In this document: piece by piece, positions 22,528-28,116 of the stretch
Position numbering within the stretch: position 1 is the stretch's first letter
Layout: each line of letters opens with the position of its first letter
Source of the DNA: a virus
DNA: 35,755 nt
Direction: 5' to 3' (one strand)
Virus record (IMG/VR): IMGVR_UViG_3300012347_000068
Location: 1-35,755 of that record
Program-made: the position numbers and the translations under genes
Notes under the pieces: model-generated
Told to the model about the DNA's origin: nothing
Databases searched by the model: none
What the model saw: only the letters and a program-made list of their open reading frames with translations

Positions 22528-22721
22528 TGAGTGATGGTAAGACTCGTCGTTACATGAATGAGCGTGAGTGGCAGTGTTTTGAGGATGGTGTTAAGTACGA
22601 GCGTGAGCGTGTTATCCAGCTGCTAGGAGCCCAATGCGACTGCGCGTTCTTTGACAAGTACGAACTGCCAAGCAAGTGCCACGCACACAAAAACATCGCT
22701 CTTATCAAGGCAGAGAAGTAA
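22527..22721 (+). CDS. Hypothetical protein (64 aa)
   Basis: TAATG coupling to dut. No motif recognised. Confidence 0.5.
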   Translation: MSDGKTRRYMNEREWQCFEDGVKYERERVIQLLGAQCDCAFFDKYELPSKCHAHKNIALIKAEK

Positions 22722-22918
22722 TGAGCATTTGGGAAAGAATTAAACCAACCATTTATCTTAGAAAAGCCGATGGTATTGGATGGTATGTAGGAGCAGATGA
22801 GCTTGAAAGAGAAACTTTTTACTTCACACGATGGGGCGCATTACGAGCCGCCAATAGATGGTACGAAAAAGTGAATCGAACACCATTTCCGCGTGTTTAC
22901 TTGGAAAGAGAAAACTAA
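22721..22918 (+). CDS. Hypothetical protein (65 aa)
   Basis: ATG 22721 overlaps the previous stop (TAATG). The ORF-track start at 22676 lies inside the upstream gene. Confidence 0.5.
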   Translation: MSIWERIKPTIYLRKADGIGWYVGADELERETFYFTRWGALRAANRWYEKVNRTPFPRVYLEREN

Positions 22919-23109
22919 TGAGCGAATTAATTGAAGCCGCCGACCTGCTAGATGCCAATCTGGTCTGGTCATCTGACATGGATACCATTCGCTACCACCT
23001 ATCAGCAATGCTCCGTGCAATAGCCGAGTTCCGTGACCCTGAACCATACGCGAACGACCTTGCTGAAACACTCCTTGACGAGCATCACAACGACATCAGT
23101 TTAGGATAG
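22918..23109 (+). CDS. Hypothetical acidic protein (63 aa)
   Basis: ATG 22918 overlaps the previous stop (TAATG). Confidence 0.5.
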   Translation: MSELIEAADLLDANLVWSSDMDTIRYHLSAMLRAIAEFRDPEPYANDLAETLLDEHHNDISLG

Positions 23110-23113
23110 AACT

Positions 23114-23341
23114 ATGAGCCTATTAGATGGACTTACGCCAGCAGTCAAAAAACATCCGTGTAAAGTCAGAACAATCCTTGACAGCCTAGACGCAGAAGAT
23201 GTAAAAATTCTTGTTGATGCGATGTGGAATGAGGCGCTCTGGCCAGCCCGAACGCTACAAATAGCCCTTAGGGAACGCGAAATTATTGTGTCTGATGTGA
23301 GCATTGGGCGTCACCGCAAGGGGCAATGCAGCTGTGCTTGA
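23114..23341 (+). CDS. Small HTH-type DNA-binding protein (putative)
   Basis: The C-terminus VSDVSIGRHRKGQCSCA resembles the HTH plus RHR-x-G-x-C-x-C tail seen in small phage DNA-binding proteins (from memory). Confidence 0.45.
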   Translation: MSLLDGLTPAVKKHPCKVRTILDSLDAEDVKILVDAMWNEALWPARTLQIALREREIIVSDVSIGRHRKGQCSCA

Positions 23342-24512
23342 AAACCTACAACCAGCAGTAAAGGTTGAAGCGCCATCAGGGTGGCGACCTGCTATCGAGT
23401 TCGATGGTGCACAGGGGGAAGCAACAACACAGGGGTTAGAGAACAAACCTGACTTTGATGAGTTCCTCCGCGAGCGCGGTTATGACCCTGCCGAGTATGA
23501 AGTTATTGGTAACTCGGTTCGTACGTCACAGTGGCAGGTGGCCTCACCTTGGCCTGCTGAACCACGCTGGCTAACCTCGTACCGTTTCAACTTTCGTAAA
23601 CGCACCGATTCTGGTTTAGACCTACCGTTGCTCTTTGCTGAAGCTAAACGAGGCATAAAGAAGCCCATACAATCGTTTATTGACAAAAACAATCGTAAGG
23701 CTCTAGTCGTAGCATTAGCAGATTTCCAACTTGGCAAAGTTGACACCCGTGGTGGAACTAAAGAAACCACGCAACGCATCCTCGAAGCCTACGACCGTAT
23801 CGAAGCACAGTTCAAATCTGGTCGCTACGAACAAATCATTCTGGCTGACGTGGGCGACATCGTTGAGAACTTCTCTAACGCAGCTTCAGAGCAACAGCAA
23901 TACTCAAATGACCTATCACTCATGGATCAGGTCGATTTAGCTACCACGCTTATCTGGGAGATAACCAAACGCGCCTCACGCTACTGCACAAACATTGTGT
24001 ACGCATCCATAGCGTCAAACCACTGCCGATTTAAAATCAACAAACAAAACGTGGGTTTGCCTGGTCAAGACGACTGGGGCATCATGATTGCCAAACAAAT
24101 TCACCGCCTAGCATCCGAAACCAACCTGCCAGTTAAAGTGCTTATTCCTGACCCACAAGATGAGTCACTGGCCTACGACGTGTTCGGCGATGGATTCCAT
24201 GTTCTCGGACTCTGGCACGGTCACCAGTGCGGTTCAGCCGACAAGGTTGGTCAATGGTGGAAGAATCAAGCATTTGGTCAACAACCAGTCCATGCAGCTA
24301 CCGTTGCCCTAACAGGGCATTGGCATCACCTACGAGTGCAGGAACTGGCTCAATCGTCTAATGGCGGCTCACGTTTCTGGATTCAAGCACCAACTATGGA
24401 TGCTGGTTCAAACTGGTATCGTCTAAACTCTGGTGAGGATTCACAGCCTGGCATCGTCGTGTTCGAGTTGGAACGCGGCAAGCATTTTGCAGGTTCTGTA
24501 CAAAAGTTGTAA
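23304..24512 (+). CDS. Metallophosphoesterase-like (calcineurin/Mre11-fold) protein with a ~110-aa N-terminal extension
   Basis: It has ADVGDIVENF (GDxxD/E-like), IASNHCRF (GNH-like), GLWHGHQ and LTGHWHH (GHxH). Motif I is degenerate (LADFQLGK). The likely start is GTG 23334, after aagggg. Confidence 0.55.
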   Translation: MGVTARGNAAVLENLQPAVKVEAPSGWRPAIEFDGAQGEATTQGLENKPDFDEFLRERGYDPAEYEVIGNSVRTSQWQVASPWPAEPRWLTSYRFNFRKRTDSGLDLPLLFAEAKRGIKKPIQSFIDKNNRKALVVALADFQLGKVDTRGGTKETTQRILEAYDRIEAQFKSGRYEQIILADVGDIVENFSNAASEQQQYSNDLSLMDQVDLATTLIWEITKRASRYCTNIVYASIASNHCRFKINKQNVGLPGQDDWGIMIAKQIHRLASETNLPVKVLIPDPQDESLAYDVFGDGFHVLGLWHGHQCGSADKVGQWWKNQAFGQQPVHAATVALTGHWHHLRVQELAQSSNGGSRFWIQAPTMDAGSNWYRLNSGEDSQPGIVVFELERGKHFAGSVQKL

Positions 24513-24521
24513 CATAGACGT

Positions 24522-24552
24522 ACAACATGGTCAGCAGATTTTGCCATGTTGT
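24522..24552 (+). terminator. Hairpin after the 24512 stop (possible terminator, no U-tract)
   Basis: Stem acaacatgg / ccatgttgt (24522-24530 / 24544-24552), 9 bp, with a 13-nt loop. Confidence 0.3.
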
Positions 24553-24607
24553 GCAATGTAGAGTTCGAAACGCCTGCTAGGTGCAAATAACGGCATCTAG
24601 CAGGTGA

Positions 24608-24679
24608 TGACCTCTAGCTCAACGGCAGAGCGTCCGACTGTTAATCGGATGGTTCCTGGTTCGAATCCAGGGGGGTCAG
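24608..24679 (+). tRNA. tRNA-Asn(GTT): tRNA-Asn (anticodon GTT)
   Basis: It folds by hand into a cloverleaf. The acceptor is TGACCTC/GGGGTCA (one G-U). The D arm is GCTC-AACGGCA-GAGC. The anticodon arm is TCCGA-CTGTTAA-TCGGA. The T arm is CCTGG-TTCGAAT-CCAGG. The discriminator is G and no CCA is encoded. Confidence 0.85.
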
Positions 24680-24757
24680 CGGTTTAGTCATTGAAGGTTG
24701 CGCTATCAACCGAAGTGCAGGGGTATCCCAGTGTGGGCTAAATCATTAGCAATGGCA

Positions 24758-24847
24758 GTATTGGTCTGGTAAGTAAGTCTAGGTGGCCACCGACGACTGA
24801 AAGAGCGTAACACTTGGTTATTTAGGGTTCGAATCCCTGACAATACA
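24758..24847 (+). tRNA. Degenerate class-II-like tRNA element (T arm, acceptor and variable hairpin are good; the anticodon and D arms do not fold)
   Basis: The T arm is TAGGG-TTCGAAT-CCCTG (24823-24839). The acceptor is GTATTGG/ACAATAC (6 of 7 pairs). The variable hairpin is TAAC-ACTTG-GTTA. No canonical 5+7+5 anticodon arm could be drawn. Confidence 0.3.
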
Positions 24848-24859
24848 CGAGGAGGCAAA

Positions 24860-25033
24860 ATGCCCGTATACGACTACAAGTGCGAGTGCGGTCAAACGCG
24901 CACCCAAACCATCAGCATTCACGCCAAAGACTTCACCGCCACCTGCAAATGTGGCAAAGTCATGACACGCGTCTACGGTTCGCCAGCCATCAAGTTCAAC
25001 GGATCTGGGTTCTATGCCACGGACAAAAAGTGA
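24860..25033 (+). CDS. FmdB-family zinc-ribbon protein (57 aa, not in the ORF track)
   Basis: RBS cgaggagg. The sequence is MPVYDYKCECGQTRTQTISIHAKDFTATCKCGKVMTRVYGSPAIKFNGSGFYATDKK. It has the MPxY-Y-x-C-x-x-CG...C-x-CG...GSGFY-x-TD hallmarks. Confidence 0.8.
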   Translation: MPVYDYKCECGQTRTQTISIHAKDFTATCKCGKVMTRVYGSPAIKFNGSGFYATDKK

Positions 25034-25356
25034 CCCGTTTCCCTAAACCATGCCTAGACTGTGGACAACTCACCACTGGCGGCAATCGTTGCGACGACCA
25101 TCAAAATCTGGTTCGACAACTTCACGAGATAAAACGCGCAAATACTAAGAAACTTACAGGGCAATACTCTGGTTCGTACCGCACACGAGCTGCACAGGTG
25201 CGTGCTACAGCCATCTCATGTTGGATTTGTGGCGAAGGTGCAAGAATTAACGACCCATGGCAAGCAGACCATGTACAACCAGGTGAAAACGGTGACAATG
25301 CTGAGTTGCGTGCAGCTCACGGATCTTGCAACCGTAAACGGTCAAACAACGCCTAA
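25030..25356 (+). CDS. Small HNH endonuclease (HK97 gp74-like terminase-associated type, putative)
   Basis: GTG 25030 overlaps the FmdB stop (GTGA). The sequence is MTRFPKPCLDCGQ...CWICGEGARINDPWQADHVQPGENGDNAELRAAHGSCNRKRS (CxxC..DH..N..H..CN). Confidence 0.8.
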   Translation: MTRFPKPCLDCGQLTTGGNRCDDHQNLVRQLHEIKRANTKKLTGQYSGSYRTRAAQVRATAISCWICGEGARINDPWQADHVQPGENGDNAELRAAHGSCNRKRSNNA

Positions 25357-25413
25357 AAATTTGGTCAAAATCTGGTCATAAAAAATTTGGTCAAAATCTG
25401 GTCAAAATCTGGT
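25355..25413. repeat. Direct repeats / iteron cluster
   Basis: The 24-mer aaaaatttggtcaaaatctggtca occurs at 25355-25378 and 25381-25404. The core TCAAAATCTGGT occurs at 25365, 25391 and 25402, plus one copy inside the HNH gene at 25101-25112. Confidence 0.85.
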
Positions 25414-25461
25414 TCCACAGAAATAGTGCAAAAAAGTGCCATTTTCGGCCATTTTCGCTTT

Positions 25462-25477
25462 TCGAACAAATGTTCGG
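25462..25477. promoter_or_regulatory. SOS-box-like palindrome TCGAACAAATGTTCGG (candidate LexA operator)
   Basis: CGAAC-AAAT-GTTCG is a perfect GAAC-N4-GTTC type box (Cheo box, or mycobacterial TCGAAC-N4-GTTCGA). Confidence 0.5.
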
Positions 25478-25507
25478 ATCAATACCTAGGCAAGCCCCCC
25501 TTTACAT

Positions 25508-25523
25508 TCGAACAAATGTTCAC
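25508..25523. promoter_or_regulatory. Second SOS-box-like palindrome TCGAACAAATGTTCAC
   Basis: The same 15-mer TTCGAACAAATGTTC as at 25461-25475, located 46 bp downstream. It overlaps a TTTACA (25501-25506) -35-like hexamer. Confidence 0.45.
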
Positions 25524-25670
25524 AGCTCAAAATCGGGGCGCGACACGAAAAAACGGGCGCATATAGAGGCATAGAAAAAAATGTTGCAAAACGCTTCTTT
25601 TTCTTTACTTTCTGTGTCATACTTTTTCTTGTCAGCAAATCGCAGACACGATTCGGGAAGGAATCACAGA

Positions 25671-25790
25671 ATGAACATCCGCGACGAATGGAACGCACTA
25701 GGCAAACTCATCGGGTTCGCCCTTCAAACCGCCCTCTTTATCGGGGCATTCTTCGGATTCATCGCCCTAATGGAAATGGTAGGACTCTAG
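25671..25790 (+). CDS. 39-aa membrane peptide, first ORF of the distinct cassette
   Basis: RBS gggaaggaa precedes ATG 25671. The sequence is MNIRDEWNALGKLIGFALQTALFIGAFFGFIALMEMVGL. The upstream part of the ORF-track ORF (from 25581) is low-complexity leader. Confidence 0.5.
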   Translation: MNIRDEWNALGKLIGFALQTALFIGAFFGFIALMEMVGL

Positions 25791-25793
25791 AAA

Positions 25794-26078
25794 ATGCTTA
25801 CTCTTACCCAATACGAACAGCACCGCGAAACCATCGCCAAGCGCGACGCCATTATTAGCGAACTACGCAACGAGGACGCAACCCACATCACCAACCGTCC
25901 AACGTGGCACGGATACGACATCGAGGCAGGAACGCTTCTAATCGCATCGCCAGAACTCGGCCAGTTGCTAGGGCGTTCAGAAGTGCGCGACTCTCACGGT
26001 TGCGTCGCTAATTGGTACATTCTGCAAAACGGACACATCGCTAACCTTTGGGCTTGCGAAGTAAACGAAACAAACTAA
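25794..26078 (+). CDS. Hypothetical protein (94 aa)
   Basis: ATG lies 3 nt after the previous stop. The composition is protein-like and codons are C/A-ending. Confidence 0.6.
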   Translation: MLTLTQYEQHRETIAKRDAIISELRNEDATHITNRPTWHGYDIEAGTLLIASPELGQLLGRSEVRDSHGCVANWYILQNGHIANLWACEVNETN

Positions 26079-26106
26079 CAAAAACGATTCGGGAAGGAAT
26101 CAAAAA

Positions 26107-26445
26107 ATGACACAGGAAAAAATCACATCCCTATTCTTCGAGGGTCAGCAATGGACACAGCGCGAGGAAGGCACGCCGTATCAGGCCCTCAGGGTTTGGG
26201 CTAACGGCAGACTCTTGGGAACTGTAGGAATGGCCTACGGCTACCACACGCAATACGAAACCTATGGCCTCGAGTTTCTCGCAGAGGTTGGACTCATCAC
26301 CGCAGAGCAAGCCAAACGCCCCGCTTGGATTCTCGAAAGAGATTTCGGCGTGACCGTTTACTCGTCACTTGCTCACGTCGCCAAGCGCGAACTAGTCAAG
26401 TCAAACAACATCGTCGAGAACATCGCACGATTCGCAACCATCTAA
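26107..26445 (+). CDS. Hypothetical protein (112 aa)
   Basis: It is preceded by the same 19-mer acgattcgggaaggaatca as ORF 25671. Confidence 0.6.
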   Translation: MTQEKITSLFFEGQQWTQREEGTPYQALRVWANGRLLGTVGMAYGYHTQYETYGLEFLAEVGLITAEQAKRPAWILERDFGVTVYSSLAHVAKRELVKSNNIVENIARFATI

Positions 26446-26474
26446 AAAAGATCACAGAAAAGGGAAAACAAAAA

Positions 26475-26930
26475 ATGACCATTTACAAAATCACTCAAAC
26501 CGAAACACATTTCGGACACGCCGACAGCCTAGACGATGCCCAAGAGCAATGGAACGCGGGCGTTTATGACTGTGCAACATCGCTCACCGTGGACATCACG
26601 GAAGCCAATTTTGAAAACCCAAACCTGCAGCTTGAAGTTCAGGAAACAAAAATCTGCGTCGATTGTGGCCAAGATTTCGGCGCGGGCTACCACGCAAACG
26701 AAGCCGTAACAATCACATTCGCCACATTGAAGCAAGCACAGAACGAGGCCATCGTTCAGGGCATCAAGTACGCGATGGACTACCTGGAGGACATCAACCT
26801 TCACAGCGGGGCTAACGCCGTGTCAGAGTTCCTCACGATGCTAACCGAACCATCGTTCGGGGATGTGTCACCGTGGCAGAAGGCGTTTCTAAGCACTCAC
26901 CCGCTCTACTCGACAGAATGCGAGAACTAG
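26475..26930 (+). CDS. Hypothetical protein (151 aa) with one CxxC
   Basis: ATG 26475 follows aaagggaaaacaaaaa. The ORF-track start at 26325 overlaps the upstream gene. Confidence 0.6.
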   Translation: MTIYKITQTETHFGHADSLDDAQEQWNAGVYDCATSLTVDITEANFENPNLQLEVQETKICVDCGQDFGAGYHANEAVTITFATLKQAQNEAIVQGIKYAMDYLEDINLHSGANAVSEFLTMLTEPSFGDVSPWQKAFLSTHPLYSTECEN

Positions 26931-27025
26931 GCAAAGTCCTCGCGGGTATCGTCACCTTTGCCGTGACCTTATCCGTGGGCGTACTCACACACGAAACAAC
27001 CAAAGTTTACAAACGCAACTACTAA
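26918..27025 (+). CDS. Possible 35-aa membrane peptide (not in the ORF track)
   Basis: MRELGKVLAGIVTFAVTLSVGVLTHETTKVYKRNY. It overlaps the upstream stop by 13 nt. There is no obvious SD. Confidence 0.3.
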   Translation: MRELGKVLAGIVTFAVTLSVGVLTHETTKVYKRNY

Positions 27026-27042
27026 CAAAGGGAAGAACCAAA

Positions 27043-27264
27043 ATGACAGAAACCAACTACTACCGCCTGAACGTTCAAGGACAAGGCGAGTTCTACGAAT
27101 ACGGACAGACAGCCCTCGAAGCCATCGCCCTAGTTCGTGAAGAACTCGAAGCAACCAACATCGAACACGGCGCAATCACGGCCCGCCCTGCCGTCTACAA
27201 GGAATGGAACTACAGCACCAACGCCTACACCAACGGCGGACAGTTCTTAGGGCGCGACATCTAG
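27043..27264 (+). CDS. Hypothetical protein (73 aa)
   Basis: RBS aaagggaagaacc. The sequence is protein-like. It is the last ORF before the terminator. Confidence 0.6.
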   Translation: MTETNYYRLNVQGQGEFYEYGQTALEAIALVREELEATNIEHGAITARPAVYKEWNYSTNAYTNGGQFLGRDI

Positions 27265-27285
27265 CCCACAGCAACACACCCGAAG

Positions 27286-27320
27286 CCCCTCTAAGCCCTC
27301 ACACGGTTTAGGGGGGTTTT
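27286..27320 (+). terminator. Rho-independent terminator closing the small-ORF cassette
   Basis: Stem cccctctaa / ttagggggg (27286-27294 / 27308-27316, one G-U pair) with a 13-nt loop, followed by tttt. Confidence 0.7.
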
Positions 27321-27669
27321 CTCATACCCGTGACACCCCACACCGCCAAAAAAGATCACCCGATTCTCAGGCCCCCCAATGGTGAACGCCCACACACGCG
27401 CACACGCCCTGGAATGCGCCCATTCGCGACACATCGAAGCCCTACGCGCCCCGTACACGCCACAACACCCCCAAAACGTACACACAGGCACAACCACACC
27501 CGAAACCCCGCCAACACGCCACACACGCCCGCCTAGATACAAGCACACCCCCCACGGGCAGACGGGGGGTAGGGTCAAAGACCCCAACGCGACCAACTCC
27601 GACACCCCTATCTCAACTCTGCGTGTATTTCCGCAGTTGAAAACCTTTGACTTCTGTTAGGCTGGGGGC
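27321..27669. other. CA-rich, T/G-poor noncoding region upstream of terS (candidate cos/packaging-recognition region or rut-like leader)
   Basis: No credible ORF. There are four ACACGCC copies (27402, 27455, 27514, 27524) and a C6/G6 hairpin at 27548-27569. It lies directly 5' of terS. Confidence 0.35.
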
Positions 27670-28116
27670 ATGGCTAATCCTCCTAAACCTGCTGAACTAA
27701 AGATTTTGCAAGGTAATCCTGGTAAGCGTTCGGTGCGAACGAATGATGCTATTGCTCCGTTGGAGTATGGCTATGTGGAGCCGTTGCGTCCGTTGGGTGA
27801 GACGGGTAAACAGTTTTGGGATAGCATCTTTGGCGCTGGTGAGATGTGGATCAGCATTAAGACTGATACTGCGTTGGTGCAGCTGGTGTGTGAGCAGATG
27901 GATCGTCGGGCTAAGTTGCAGGAGTTGTGGTGGGTTAATCCTGCTGACCGTGTGATCACTATGGGCTTGCATGAATTGGAGAAGGAGATGCGCTCTAACT
28001 TGGGTTTGTTGGGCTTTTCTCCTGCTGACCGTACTCGTTTGGGGTTGGTGTCTGCAAAGACTAAGAGCAAGTTGGAAGAGTTAATGGCGAAGAAGGCTGC
28101 TAAGGCTAATGGCTAA
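27670..28116 (+). CDS. Terminase small subunit (P27 family)
   Basis: N-terminal PPKPAELKILQGNPGKRS and C-terminal LGFSPADRTRLG are typical of P27-family small terminases. Confidence 0.85.
   Translation: MANPPKPAELKILQGNPGKRSVRTNDAIAPLEYGYVEPLRPLGETGKQFWDSIFGAGEMWISIKTDTALVQLVCEQMDRRAKLQELWWVNPADRVITMGLHELEKEMRSNLGLLGFSPADRTRLGLVSAKTKSKLEELMAKKAAKANG

Noticed and set aside
24823-24847. tRNA 3'-half (T arm plus acceptor) considered as an attP core for integration into a host tRNA gene
   Set aside because: I found no tyrosine or serine recombinase, excisionase or repressor anywhere in the genome. The upstream sequence also supplies a matching 5' acceptor strand, which favours a decayed tRNA gene.
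24880-25356. Single 158-aa ORF from the six-frame track
   Set aside because: The N-terminal third is His/Arg/Gln-rich out-of-frame read-through of the FmdB-like gene (24860-25033). Only the part from GTG 25030 looks like a real (HNH) protein.
25355-25413. Direct repeats considered as a CRISPR array
   Set aside because: The repeats are only about 12-24 nt, directly abutting or overlapping. There are no unique spacers of CRISPR size, only 2-3 units, and no cas genes.
25486-25698. 70-aa minus-strand ORF in the repeat/SOS-box intergenic region
   Set aside because: It has no RBS and an odd composition. It spans the regulatory repeats and the RBS and start of the + strand ORF at 25671.
27291-27660. 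Three overlapping ORFs (27330-27536 +, 27379-27660 +, 27291-27605 -) in the CA-rich tract
   Set aside because: Their translations are low-complexity His/Pro/Thr/Arg or Gly/Val/Cys/Trp strings produced by the base-composition bias. None has an RBS. The region is better explained as noncoding.
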